A stretch of DNA of 64,000 nt from Bdellovibrionales bacterium (GCA_965203095.1 OZ241877.1:992001-1056000), one strand, 5' to 3'. Shown: positions 39,441-49,223, counted from the first letter of the stretch. Notes: generated by a model not told the origin, from the letters alone. Made by a program: numbers and translations.

Positions 39441-41345
39441 ATGGGCAAAATCTTGGGTATTGATTTGGGCACAACCAATTCTGTTGTCTCTATTATTGAA
39501 AATGGCCAGCCTAAAGTTTTAACCAACACAGAAGGAGCTTACACTACCCCTTCTGTTGTGGGTTTTGGCAAAAAAGGGGAGATTCTTGTAGGACAAATTG
39601 CCAAAAGGCAGGCGGTCAGCAATCCCATCAACACCATTTTTTCCTCTAAAAGATTTATTGGCCAACAATTTTCTGCAATTCGTGGGGAAGTTGACAGCTA
39701 CCCATTCAAAACTGTCAAAAAATCCAATAGTGAAAGTTGTGCTTTCCTTATCAACAATGAGGAGGTTTCTCCTGAAAAAATAGCCTCTCTCATTTTATCC
39801 AAGCTAAAAAAAGACGCTGAGGCTTACCTGGGTCAAGAGGTCAAAGAGGCTGTAATTACAGTCCCAGCTTACTTTAATGATCTTCAAAGGCAGGCTACAA
39901 AAGACGCTGGCAAAGCGGCCCGGCTGAATGTCAAAAGGCTTATCAATGAGCCTACTGCCGCGGCTTTAGCTTATGGCATGGATAAAAAGGAAAATCGGTT
40001 GGTGGCTGTTTTTGACTTTGGTGGTGGCACTTTTGACATTTCTATTTTGGATATTAACGACAAACTTTTAGAAGTGAAGGCCACAAATGGAAACACAAAA
40101 CTGGGAGGAGATGACTTTGATGAAGCCCTGTTAAATTGGTTAGCTGAAGAGTTTAAAAAAATGGAAGGCATTGACTTGAGGGAAGACAAAATGGCTTTGC
40201 AAAGGCTGAGGGAAGCGGCGGAGAAAGCTAAGATTGAATTGAGCGTTTCTCAAGAAGCAGTAGTCAATTTGCCTTTTATTACTGCGGGGGCCTCAGGAGC
40301 TAAACATTTAGACATTTCCTTAACTCGATCTAAATTTGATCAGTTAACAGAGCATTTAATTGAAAGTGCTTTAAAGCCTTGTCAGGTAGTTTTAAAAGAT
40401 GCTGGCATTACTACCAACGATATCCATGAGGTGATCATGGTTGGGGGGAGCACACGTATTCCCGCAGTTCAGGAGGCGGTTAAAAAATTTTTTAACAGAG
40501 ATCTAAATCAATCGGTTAACCCCGATCAAGTGGTAGCTATGGGGGCCGCTGTTCAGGCCGGGGTTTTGTCCAGCGAAGTTAAAGATATTTTACTTTTAGA
40601 TGTGACTCCTCTGTCCCTGGGGATAGAGACTTTAGGCGGTGTGATGACTAAACTCATCTCTAAGAACACAACCATCCCCACAAAAAAATCAGAGGTATTT
40701 TCCACTGCGGAAGACAATCAAAGCGTTGTGTCCATCCATGTTCTTCAAGGGGAAAGAGGCATGGCTAAAGATAACAAAACTTTAGGCCGTTTTGATTTGA
40801 GGGACATTCCTCCCGCCCCCAGAGGAGAACCTAAAATTGAAGTTTCTTTTGACATTGATTCCAATGGAATCATTCATGTTTCTGCTAAAAATCAAGCTAC
40901 AGGGAAAAGCCAAAACATTCGTATTGACAAACCCAGCCTCAATGAAGAGGAAATCAGCCACATGATTAAGTCGGCTCAAGTTTATGAGGAGCAAGATCGA
41001 AAAAGAAAAGAGATCATTAGCATAAAAAATGAGATGGATCAAATGATCTATCAGTCGGAAAAAATGATAAAAGAAAATAGCGATAAAATTTCTGATGACC
41101 TAAAAAAAGAATCAGAAAGTGCTATTACACAAGCCAAAGATTTTTTGAAGAAAGACGACTTGGAAGTGAACATGGATGAATTAAAAAAGCTGAAAGACAA
41201 AGTCAAACAACAGTTTCAAGCATTAGGGCAAGAAGTTTATAAAAAAAGTGCTCAGGAAAAAAGCCCGAAGGATCCTTCTCCAAAGAAAAAAAACAAAAAC
41301 GATGGAGAAACCATTAACGCAGACTATGAAAAGAAAGAGGATTGA
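39441..41345 (+). CDS. dnaK: Chaperone DnaK (Hsp70)
   Basis: [36 protein letters not shown] and LVDVTPL-like [13 protein letters not shown]. Confidence 0.98.
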   Translation: MGKILGIDLGTTNSVVSIIENGQPKVLTNTEGAYTTPSVVGFGKKGEILVGQIAKRQAVSNPINTIFSSKRFIGQQFSAIRGEVDSYPFKTVKKSNSESCAFLINNEEVSPEKIASLILSKLKKDAEAYLGQEVKEAVITVPAYFNDLQRQATKDAGKAARLNVKRLINEPTAAALAYGMDKKENRLVAVFDFGGGTFDISILDINDKLLEVKATNGNTKLGGDDFDEALLNWLAEEFKKMEGIDLREDKMALQRLREAAEKAKIELSVSQEAVVNLPFITAGASGAKHLDISLTRSKFDQLTEHLIESALKPCQVVLKDAGITTNDIHEVIMVGGSTRIPAVQEAVKKFFNRDLNQSVNPDQVVAMGAAVQAGVLSSEVKDILLLDVTPLSLGIETLGGVMTKLISKNTTIPTKKSEVFSTAEDNQSVVSIHVLQGERGMAKDNKTLGRFDLRDIPPAPRGEPKIEVSFDIDSNGIIHVSAKNQATGKSQNIRIDKPSLNEEEISHMIKSAQVYEEQDRKRKEIISIKNEMDQMIYQSEKMIKENSDKISDDLKKESESAITQAKDFLKKDDLEVNMDELKKLKDKVKQQFQALGQEVYKKSAQEKSPKDPSPKKKNKNDGETINADYEKKED

Positions 41346-41418
41346 GATTCTTCCTCAACAAACAATGAAGAAAAATCTTACAATATCAGTTAAAGCGGGC
41401 TTTTTTCATTAAAAAAAC

Positions 41419-41447
41419 TTGAAAAGCCCAACAGTTTTATATAAAAT
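41419..41447 (+). promoter_or_regulatory. Sigma70-type promoter of relA/spoT (leaderless arrangement)
   Basis: TTGAAA-N17-TAAAAT, then 6 nt, then GTG. Confidence 0.65.
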
Positions 41448-41453
41448 GTCTTT

Positions 41454-43652
41454 GTGGCACTTTTAAAACTTCCTTTAGAAAAATCCTCTACTATCACTAT
41501 AGAGGATTTAAAACTCAAGCTAAAAAGCCACAGCTCTAAAATCCAATGGGCTGAGGTTTTTAAAGCTTACAAATATGCTCAAAAAGCCCATAAAGGCCAA
41601 AAAAGACTCAGTGGAGAGCCTTATATCACCCACCCTTTGAGCGTGGCGGATATTCTTTTGGATTTGGGCATGGATCAAGAAAGCCTGATCACAGCTCTTC
41701 TTCATGATGTTGTGGAAGACACCAGCACTTCTCTTCAAGATATAGAAAAAGAATTTGGCCCCACCATAGCTTTTTTGTTGGATGGAGTCACCAAAATTTC
41801 CAGAATTAAATTTCGCAACATTTATCACAAACAAAGTGAGAACATTCGTAAAATGATTGTGGCTATGGGAAAAGATGTCCGGGTGATTTTAATTAAGTTA
41901 GCGGATAGACTTCATAACCTCAGAACTCTCCAATATATGCCCAAAGCTCGGCAAAGGGCCATAGCTAATGAAACTTTAGAAGTTTATACCCCTCTGGCTT
42001 CTCGTTTGGGCATGAATGAAATCAAGGTGGAAATGGAAGATCTGTCTTTTAGTTTTGCCCGGCCAGAGGAATTTACTGAACTGACAAAAAAAATGGCAAA
42101 ACTCAATAAAAATAAAAGCACTTATATAGAAAACACGGCTCGTATTTTAAAAAAGGATCTGCAAAGTCATGGTATTTGGAATTGTGAAGTTCAAGGTCGA
42201 TATAAAAACCTATATTCCATTTACCGCAAAATGCTTTATCAGAGCATTCCTTTTGAGGAGATACATGACATTGTGGCTTTTCGAATCTGTGTGGAGGAAG
42301 TGCATGAGTGCTATGAGGCTTTGGGTTTGACTCATGCCCTTTGGAAGCCGGTTCCTGGCCGATTTAAAGATTTTATTGCTATGCCTAAGAGGAATAACTA
42401 CCAGAGCCTTCATACTACTGTAATAGGGCCTGAAGGGCATCAAATTGAAATTCAAATACGGACACAGGATATGCAGATAATGGCAGAAAGAGGGGTGGCG
42501 GCCCATTGGATTTATAAACTGAAAGGACAAAAAGAGAAGATCAAAGAGAGTCATTTGTCTAAGTTTAACTGGCTAAAGGAGGTTTTGCTCTGGCATCAAA
42601 ATTCTGATGATTCAGAAGAGTTTTTAGAAAATGTCAAAGGAGATCTTTTTGAATCGGAGATTTATGTTTTTACTCCTGAGGGGGATATTAAAGAGTTTCC
42701 CAGTGGTGCCACTCCGGTAGACTTTGCTTATTCCGTTCATACTCAGTTAGGAGAGAGAGCTGTTGGTGCAAAAGTCAATGGCCGACAAGTTTCTTTAGAC
42801 TATCGTTTGAATAGTGGGGACACGGTAGAAGTTGTCACAACAAAAAAGCCCAAGCCATCTAAAGACTGGCTCAAAACCTGCGTGACCTCTAAAGCCCGAT
42901 CCAAAATAAAAAACTTTTTTAAAACAGAGGAGAGAAAAAAATCCCTTGAGATAGGTAAAAAAATGTTTGAAAAAGGTTGTCATCGTTTTAAAGTTTCTGA
43001 GAAATATATTTTATCACATGCCAGCTTTTCTGAATTTATGAAATCCAAAGGCTTAAATAAGAAAGAAGAGCTTTTTATAAGTTTAGGTTTTGGAAAAATC
43101 GTTTTTAAACAAATTTTAGAATATTTTGGAAAAAACAAACAAGGGGAGGCTTTAACCTCCTTAAGTGTCTCATTAAATACAGAGGAAAAAGACCCCTCCA
43201 CTTCTCCTTTAGAGATTGAGGGGGCGGATAATGTCATGGTTCATTTTGCCCGGTGTTGCTATCCGGTAGCAGGAGACCGTGTGAAAGCCTATGTAAGCCG
43301 AAAAAGAGGGATCGTGGTTCACAGGCAAGTATGCAAGGCTTTAGATCAGATATCCTCTGATCGTTTTATAGAAGTGAATTGGAAAAGCGATCAAAGCCAA
43401 AACAATGATTACACTATTTCTTTAAGCACAGTTTGTGCTGACAAGCCGGGAACTTTATCTAAGATCAGCTCTGCTTTTAATTTCTTTGATTTAAATATTA
43501 CCAATCTTAAAGTGAATCGGGCCGACTCTCTAAAGGTTTTTGTGGTTTTTGACACTAAAGTTAAAGGTTTAAGGCAGGCCAATCAACTGCTTGTCCGTTT
43601 ACGGCAAATTGACAATGTCTTGAGTGTTAAAAGGAAGACAGATTTTGATTAA
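41454..43652 (+). CDS. spoT: Bifunctional (p)ppGpp synthetase/hydrolase (long RSH)
   Basis: HD domain LLHDVVED, KLADRLHN, YQSLHT, EIQIRT; TGS domain VFTP..GATPVDFAY; CC motif; C-terminal ACT. Confidence 0.95.
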   Translation: MALLKLPLEKSSTITIEDLKLKLKSHSSKIQWAEVFKAYKYAQKAHKGQKRLSGEPYITHPLSVADILLDLGMDQESLITALLHDVVEDTSTSLQDIEKEFGPTIAFLLDGVTKISRIKFRNIYHKQSENIRKMIVAMGKDVRVILIKLADRLHNLRTLQYMPKARQRAIANETLEVYTPLASRLGMNEIKVEMEDLSFSFARPEEFTELTKKMAKLNKNKSTYIENTARILKKDLQSHGIWNCEVQGRYKNLYSIYRKMLYQSIPFEEIHDIVAFRICVEEVHECYEALGLTHALWKPVPGRFKDFIAMPKRNNYQSLHTTVIGPEGHQIEIQIRTQDMQIMAERGVAAHWIYKLKGQKEKIKESHLSKFNWLKEVLLWHQNSDDSEEFLENVKGDLFESEIYVFTPEGDIKEFPSGATPVDFAYSVHTQLGERAVGAKVNGRQVSLDYRLNSGDTVEVVTTKKPKPSKDWLKTCVTSKARSKIKNFFKTEERKKSLEIGKKMFEKGCHRFKVSEKYILSHASFSEFMKSKGLNKKEELFISLGFGKIVFKQILEYFGKNKQGEALTSLSVSLNTEEKDPSTSPLEIEGADNVMVHFARCCYPVAGDRVKAYVSRKRGIVVHRQVCKALDQISSDRFIEVNWKSDQSQNNDYTISLSTVCADKPGTLSKISSAFNFFDLNITNLKVNRADSLKVFVVFDTKVKGLRQANQLLVRLRQIDNVLSVKRKTDFD

Positions 43653-43716
43653 AGTTCCCGCAAAGCTTTTCAGCTGGCCCCCGGCAAGTGAGGTGAGGGA
43701 AAAAAGTGGACTCTTT

Positions 43717-44697
43717 TTAAGGTGTTTGATTTTTTAAGGCTTTTGTAAGTTTGGGGACAATATCAAACAGATCACCCACAATTCCATAAGAGCATTTTTT
43801 AAAAAAAGGAGCCGAAGGGTCTTTATTTATCACTACAACGACTCGGCTATTTTGCATTCCGGCCAAGTGCTGAATGGCTCCAGAAATGCCACAGGCAATA
43901 TACAATTTAGGTGAAACGGTTTTGCCCGTTTGCCCCACTTGCCGGCTATAAGCCTGCCAGCCGGCATCGGTGACGGCACGAGAGGCCCCTACAACTCCGC
44001 CTATAGTTTGAGCCAGCTCTTTTAACATTTTAAAATTTTCCCCATTCATCAGACCCCGGCCCCCAGAGACAATGATCTCTGCCTCACTCAGATCTTGAAC
44101 AGGCTTTTCCGGGCTTTTAAAACTTTTATGTGTGATAGGGTTTAGGGGCAATTTGAGATCTAAGGCTGAGGCTTGGGATCCTCCTTTTTTAAAAGCTCCT
44201 TTGAGCCGGCCGGCTGGAATGAGACAAAAAACAGGTTCTTGGCTTGAAACCTTAACTTCAAAATGCCCGACCAGCTTTCCCGCATAAAGAGGTTTAAAGG
44301 CATGAATCAATTCTTTTTTGAATTTTAGATCTTGAACTTCATTTAAAAAAGGAGCATTCAAAATGGCAGAAAGCCATGGGAAATAATCTTTATTTTTTAA
44401 TGTGGCTGTGGAGATTATGCAGTTTGCCGGTTCTTTTTCTAAATAAAGCTTTAAAGCGGTCCCATAAGCTTTGGGATTATAAAATTTGAGTTTTTCGGAA
44501 AAGAAAAAGTGCCGGACAGCAGTCGGTAAATTCTTTTCAGAAAAATTCTCCGGTCTCTCGCCTAAGGCCAAAGCAGAAACTTGAACAGAACCTTCTCCCT
44601 CAAAACAGGAGTCAGAAGTTTCAAAAAAACCCAATAGGTCCAAGTCAGAAGGCTTTAATCCTTCTTTAGAACTGTCTATAAGGATTAAAAGTTTCAT
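43717..44697 (-). CDS. etfA: Electron transfer flavoprotein alpha subunit
   Basis: IVSGGRG, GASRAVTDAGW, QVGQTGK and GISGAIQH. Confidence 0.96.
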   Translation of the reverse strand: MKLLILIDSSKEGLKPSDLDLLGFFETSDSCFEGEGSVQVSALALGERPENFSEKNLPTAVRHFFFSEKLKFYNPKAYGTALKLYLEKEPANCIISTATLKNKDYFPWLSAILNAPFLNEVQDLKFKKELIHAFKPLYAGKLVGHFEVKVSSQEPVFCLIPAGRLKGAFKKGGSQASALDLKLPLNPITHKSFKSPEKPVQDLSEAEIIVSGGRGLMNGENFKMLKELAQTIGGVVGASRAVTDAGWQAYSRQVGQTGKTVSPKLYIACGISGAIQHLAGMQNSRVVVVINKDPSAPFFKKCSYGIVGDLFDIVPKLTKALKNQTP

Positions 44698-45449
44698 AAA
44701 ATTTTTTCCTTTTCTTTTAAAATTTGGATCAGTTGAGCCACTTTCTCCTCACTGTTCCCTGGAATTATATAAGGAGCTTGTTTTTCCGGAGGAAGACTCA
44801 AGCTTTTAAGCCTTATTCTCTCTTCTTTTTTTATGTCCACCGGAAAGGAGCGAAAGGGCTTTTTTTTTGCTTTCATAATGCCTGGAAGTGAGGGATAGCC
44901 GGGCTGATTAAGCCCCTTGTCTGCTGAAAGAAGTAGGGGAGGAGTGGCGGTTAAACTCTCTTCCACAGCCTGCCCGCATTCTCTTACTAAGTGGAATAGG
45001 CCCTCTTGAAACTCCAGTTTATTTACATTGGTGACAAAGGGAAGATCTAAAAGCCCGGCGAGCATTTGAGGGACAGCAAAGTTGTTAGAATCTGTCGATA
45101 ACTTCCCACAAAAAATCAAAGACAGGCTAGGAATTTCAACAATTTTGTTTTTTAAAATTTGAGCAATGATCAAAGGATCTCTTAGATTTTGATCAACAAC
45201 AAGATGAAAAGCCTCATCTGCCCCAAGGGATAATGCAGTCATCAGTGCCTCTCTGGCTCGTTTTGGCCCTAAGGTGATGACAAAAAGTTTTCCTTGGAAT
45301 TGGCTTTTTAGTTTTAAAGCCTCTTCTAAAGCAAATTCATCATAAGGAGATATGACCCATTTGAGTAAGCTTTCATCCACTTCACCATTTTGAATTTGAA
45401 GATTCAGGCCGGTGTCAGGGACTTGTTTAATGGGGACAAGAATGTTCAT
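44694..45449 (-). CDS. etfB: Electron transfer flavoprotein beta subunit
   Basis: MNILVPIKQVPD, PYDEFALEEAL and SLPGIMKAKKKP. Start moved to ATG 45449. Confidence 0.95.
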   Translation of the reverse strand: MNILVPIKQVPDTGLNLQIQNGEVDESLLKWVISPYDEFALEEALKLKSQFQGKLFVITLGPKRAREALMTALSLGADEAFHLVVDQNLRDPLIIAQILKNKIVEIPSLSLIFCGKLSTDSNNFAVPQMLAGLLDLPFVTNVNKLEFQEGLFHLVRECGQAVEESLTATPPLLLSADKGLNQPGYPSLPGIMKAKKKPFRSFPVDIKKEERIRLKSLSLPPEKQAPYIIPGNSEEKVAQLIQILKEKEKIL

Positions 45450-45602
45450 CAATCTTGATTTATAAACCAGTTGAAGGCTAAAGGACAAGTTTCAGCTTAA
45501 AAAAATTGCCCATGTTCATGATTTCGCTGACAAAATTTAGTTAAACTTTTGTCCAAAGAGCATTCCATTTCGTGGAAAAAAGCCTGAGTCAGGCTGTTTT
45601 TA

Positions 45603-45632
45603 TTGTCTATTTTAGGATTTTTATGTTATAAT
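45603..45632 (+). promoter_or_regulatory. Promoter of nuclease-pilin cassette 1
   Basis: TTGTCT-N18-TATAAT with an extended -10 TG; conserved in cassette 2. Confidence 0.7.
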
Positions 45633-45705
45633 GTTTCTCAAAAGTGGTTGGTTTTTTACCTTAAAAACTGAAAATATGGCTTCTTAAAAAGATGGAGGAG
45701 AAGGG

Positions 45706-46548
45706 ATGAGTAAAACACCTACACCAGATGAAATCTGGAAAATTTTAAAAGAAATTGCTCTCAATCAAAAGGAGTGGGAAAAGAAATGGGAAAAGAAAAG
45801 TTTAGAAGAGGCTCGGCAAGAAAAGAAGAGGGCAGAGGAAGAGGCTCGGCAAGAAAAGAAGAGGGCAGAGGAAGAGGCTCGGCAAGAAAAGAAGAGGGCG
45901 GAAGCAGAGGCTCGGCAAGAAAAGAAGAGGGCAGAGGAAGAGGCTCGGCAAGAAAAGAAGAGGGCGGAAGCAGAGGCTCGGCAAGAAAAGAAGAGGGCAG
46001 AGGAAAAAGCACGGGAGGAAAAAGAATGGGCGGAGTGGAAAAAGAAAGACCAGAAAAAAATAGAGGAAATTCGCATTTTACAAAAAGAAGCAGAGTTGGA
46101 ATCAAAAAAAACGGAGAAGTTGCTTCATAAAGTAATTGGAGATTCTGGAAATCGCTGGGGGAAGTTAGGTGAAAACTTGGTTAAGGGCCAGTTGGCTCAG
46201 CGATTAAAAGAGAGAGGGATTAAAGTGGAAAGGGTAATTACCAATGCAAAAGGCCCTTTTTCAGAGTTTGATCTTATCGCTATCAATGGGAAGGAGGTTG
46301 TAGTTGTGGAAGTTAAAGCCACTTTAGATCCTTCTGATGTTAATGAATTTGAAGAAAATATTAAAAACTTTAAAACTTGGTGGCCAGAATTTAAAAACAA
46401 AACTCTTTATGGTGGAATGGCTTTTTTAATAAAATCTAATCGACAGGCGGATAGTTTAGCACAAAAACGAGGTTTTTTTGTGATTGAGGCGACTGGTGAT
46501 GTGATCTTTCAAAATGAAAAGGATTTTAAGCCCAGAGTCTTTTCTTAA
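45706..46548 (+). CDS. Coiled-coil VNTR + PD-(D/E)XK nuclease-like protein (DUF3782-like), copy 1
   Basis: GGAGG RBS; EIWKILKE N-terminus; coiled coil; GNRWGKLGE; EFDLIAINGKEVVVVEVK (D...ExK); FKPRVF C-terminus. Confidence 0.8.
   Translation: MSKTPTPDEIWKILKEIALNQKEWEKKWEKKSLEEARQEKKRAEEEARQEKKRAEEEARQEKKRAEAEARQEKKRAEEEARQEKKRAEAEARQEKKRAEEKAREEKEWAEWKKKDQKKIEEIRILQKEAELESKKTEKLLHKVIGDSGNRWGKLGENLVKGQLAQRLKERGIKVERVITNAKGPFSEFDLIAINGKEVVVVEVKATLDPSDVNEFEENIKNFKTWWPEFKNKTLYGGMAFLIKSNRQADSLAQKRGFFVIEATGDVIFQNEKDFKPRVFS
45805..46002 (+). repeat. 33-bp coding tandem repeat x6, (E/A)EARQEKKRAE
   Basis: gaagaggctcggcaagaaaagaagagggcagag units read directly. Confidence 0.95.
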
Positions 46549-46613
46549 TTTCTTTTAATTTGAGAGAGATTAAAGGGGGTTCACTATAAAGGAGAAAAAA
46601 GAGAGTTTAAACG

Positions 46614-47306
46614 ATGAGACCAGCTTTAAAGTTTTTTTATTCTTTTTTTCAATCAGAAAAAGGTTTTTCTTTAACGGAACTTTTAGTTGTTGTGGGCATT
46701 CTTGGGGTTCTTTCAGCTGTGGCTATTCCTACTTATAGCAAATACAAAATCGGTGTTTTACAGACCATTCAAAAATCAGAGCTTGTGGCTGTTTCCAGAG
46801 TCTTAGATCATGTTCATAATGTGGACGGTGGCTACCACCAAAAAATCTATGCGGCCGGCTATCGCCCCAGTAAAGTCATGAAGGTTAATGTTGGATTCAG
46901 ATACAACAAAACCGATCCCCTTTGTTGCTCCAGCCATCCTCAAAGTGCCACGGGAGATTTTAGTTCTTATCTCACTTTATCCTCAGATGTTTATATCGCC
47001 GGAAAAATAGATTCCTCGGTTTCATCATCTGATATATGTGGCCATGCCGATGGCAACTGCACAGAGAAAGGAAACCAGGGACGAACAAAGAACAGTCATC
47101 TAAGCCCCAGCGGTAGTGACTCCAACTGTGCTACTGCTTTTCACAACAAAGCCATTGAATGTGCTTGCAACAGTTTTGTAGTTTTATCGGGAACCAGACC
47201 AAACCCCAAATCCGGGGGGGCCTTATACAGAGCCTATATCAATCAAGACGGCCTGCTTTGCAAAGGGCTATCCTCAACCAAATCAGCCCCCCTAAAACCT
47301 TTTTAA
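46614..47306 (+). CDS. Type IVa prepilin, variant 1
   Basis: KG|FSLTELLVVVGILGVLSAVAIP prepilin cleavage site with Glu+5; 8-Cys globular head. Confidence 0.92.
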   Translation: MRPALKFFYSFFQSEKGFSLTELLVVVGILGVLSAVAIPTYSKYKIGVLQTIQKSELVAVSRVLDHVHNVDGGYHQKIYAAGYRPSKVMKVNVGFRYNKTDPLCCSSHPQSATGDFSSYLTLSSDVYIAGKIDSSVSSSDICGHADGNCTEKGNQGRTKNSHLSPSGSDSNCATAFHNKAIECACNSFVVLSGTRPNPKSGGALYRAYINQDGLLCKGLSSTKSAPLKPF

Positions 47307-47533
47307 CAAAACCTTTCCACACACTATTAAATTTATATCCTAATATCACAAACTAAAGTCTTGAATGTAGTGACCCAAGCCCCTCGAAAACCCTTGATAA
47401 TACTGGATTCTTGATCACAAAATACGGAAGTTAGGTGAATTATCCCATTCTTATTACTGATAATTTGCCCTATCCTTGAAACCTGAAAACTCCAACAAGA
47501 TGGGTATAAGTTTCTCTGATCAATCCATTTTTA

Positions 47534-47563
47534 TTGTCTATTTTAGGATTTTTATGCTATAAT
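47534..47563 (+). promoter_or_regulatory. Promoter of nuclease-pilin cassette 2
   Basis: TTGTCT-N18-TATAAT with an extended -10 TG; one mismatch to the cassette 1 promoter. Confidence 0.7.
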
Positions 47564-47634
47564 ATCTTAGAGTTTTTGGTTTTTTTATCTAAAAACGGAG
47601 AAATTGGCTTTTTGAAAAAATTGGAGGAGAAGGG

Positions 47635-48390
47635 ATGAGTAAAACACCTACACCAGATGAAATCTGGAAAATTTTAAAAGAAATTGCTCTCAATCAAAAG
47701 GAGTGGGAAAAGAAATGGGAAAAGAAATGGGAAAAGAAAAGTTTAGAAGAGGCTCGGCAAGAAAAGAAGAGGGCAGAGGAAGAGGCTCGGCAAGAAAAGA
47801 AGAGGGCAGAGGAAGAGGCTCGGCAAGAAAAGAAGAGGGCAGAGGAAAAAGCACGGGAGGAAAAAGAATGGGCGGAGTGGAAAAAGAAAGACCAGAAAAA
47901 AATAGAGGAAATTCGCATTTTACAAAAAGAGGCAGAGCTGGAATCAAAAAAAACGGAGAAGTTGCTTCATAAAGTAATTGGAGATTCTGGAAATCGCTGG
48001 GGGAAGTTAGGTGAAAACTTGGTTAAGGGCCAGTTGGCTCAGCGATTAAAAGAGAGAGGGATTAAAGTGGAAAGGGTAATTACCAATGCAAAAGGCCCTT
48101 TTTCAGAGTTTGATCTTATCGCTATCAATGGGAAGGAGGTTGTAGTTGTGGAAGTTAAAGCCACTTTAGATCCTTCTGATGTTAATGAATTTGAAGAAAA
48201 TATTAAAAACTTTAAAACTTGGTGGCCAGAATTTAAAAACAAAACTCTTTATGGTGGAATGGCTTTTTTAATAAAATCTAATCGACAGGCGGATAGTTTA
48301 GCACAAAAACGAGGTTTTTTTGTGATTGAGGCGACTGGTGATGTGATCTTTCAAAATGAAAAGGATTTTAAGCCCAGAGTCTTTTCTTAA
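47635..48390 (+). CDS. Coiled-coil VNTR + PD-(D/E)XK nuclease-like protein (DUF3782-like), copy 2
   Basis: Identical to copy 1 except WEKK x3 (vs x2) and 11-aa repeat x3 (vs x6). Confidence 0.8.
   Translation: MSKTPTPDEIWKILKEIALNQKEWEKKWEKKWEKKSLEEARQEKKRAEEEARQEKKRAEEEARQEKKRAEEKAREEKEWAEWKKKDQKKIEEIRILQKEAELESKKTEKLLHKVIGDSGNRWGKLGENLVKGQLAQRLKERGIKVERVITNAKGPFSEFDLIAINGKEVVVVEVKATLDPSDVNEFEENIKNFKTWWPEFKNKTLYGGMAFLIKSNRQADSLAQKRGFFVIEATGDVIFQNEKDFKPRVFS
47704..47844 (+). repeat. 12-bp repeat x3 (WEKK) and 33-bp repeat x3
   Basis: tgggaaaagaaa x3 at 47704..47739; 33-mer x3 at 47746..47844. Confidence 0.95.
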
Positions 48391-48455
48391 TTTCTTTTAA
48401 TTTGAGAGAGATTAAAGGGGGTTCACTATAAAGGAGAAAAAAGAGAGTTTAAACG

Positions 48456-49139
48456 ATGAGACCAGCTTTAAAGTTTTTTTATTCTTTTTTTCAATCAGAA
48501 AAAGGTTTTTCTTTAACGGAACTTTTAGTTGTTGTGGGCATTCTTGGGGTTCTTTCAGCTGTGGCTATTCCTACTTATAGCAAATACAAAATCGGTGTTT
48601 TACAGACCATTCAAAAATCAGAGCTTGTGGCTGTTTCTAAATATTTATATCATACTCATAATGTGGACGGTGGCTATCATCAAAAAATTTGGGCAATGGG
48701 CTATCGCCCCAATAAAATAATGCAGACTCAAATTGGAATGGACTATGCCAGAGGTGTGGCCAGCCCCATCTGTTGCAATAAATTTCCTCAAGACGCTACA
48801 ACAGCAACAAACCGAGCGAGCAATTATTTCACCCTTACAAGCAATATTTATACCGTAACCCATGATGATTCATTTACTAATATTGAACAGATGTGCACAG
48901 GAGGAAAATGTGAGTTAAAATACTATAAGCACCATTCCCAATGGGCGATTAAACACTCCGGCCTTGCTGGCGATTGCTGGTCTGATTTCAACCAAAAATC
49001 AATTAAATGCACATGTGATACATTTATTTTACTTGCTACAAATAATATTAAGGGTAATATACCGAGGGCTTTCATGAATAACAAAGGGCTTATTTGCAAA
49101 TCTACAGGAAATATCACTACTAACATAAATAAATTTTGA
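48456..49139 (+). CDS. Type IVa prepilin, variant 2
   Basis: First 61 aa identical to variant 1; divergent head with the same eight cysteines. Confidence 0.92.
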   Translation: MRPALKFFYSFFQSEKGFSLTELLVVVGILGVLSAVAIPTYSKYKIGVLQTIQKSELVAVSKYLYHTHNVDGGYHQKIWAMGYRPNKIMQTQIGMDYARGVASPICCNKFPQDATTATNRASNYFTLTSNIYTVTHDDSFTNIEQMCTGGKCELKYYKHHSQWAIKHSGLAGDCWSDFNQKSIKCTCDTFILLATNNIKGNIPRAFMNNKGLICKSTGNITTNINKF

Positions 49140-49223
49140 TTATATTGCCGGTAAATTCAGAGATAAAGGAGAGTCAATTTAAGTTTTTAGAGTCTTTTAC
49201 CTTAAGGAGGCTTTATTTATCCA

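Larger units (their letters stand above)
45693..46795 (+). repeat. Near-identical direct repeat, copy 1 (copy 2 = 47622..48637)
   Basis: Spans the RBS, nuclease-like gene, intergenic spacer and first 61 pilin codons. By eye it differs from copy 2 only in VNTR copy number and two synonymous substitutions. Confidence 0.95.
47622..48637 (+). repeat. Near-identical direct repeat, copy 2
   Basis: Matches 45693..46795; offset is 1842 bp downstream of the VNTR. Confidence 0.95.

Noticed and set aside
45604..45631. TTATGTTATAA as the XerD arm of a dif site
   Set aside because: No XerC-like arm at the 6-bp spacing; better explained as an extended -10 promoter.
45805..46002. 33-bp repeats as a CRISPR array
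   Set aside because: The units are contiguous with no spacers, lie in frame within a CDS, and no cas genes are present.
45761..46130. Alternative-frame and antisense repeat ORFs (also 47690..47972 and 52690..52917)
   Set aside because: Shadow frames of stop-free coding repeats.
46614..49139. Pilin pair as the template and variable repeats of a diversity-generating retroelement
   Set aside because: Differences are not limited to adenines and include indels; no reverse transcriptase is in the window.
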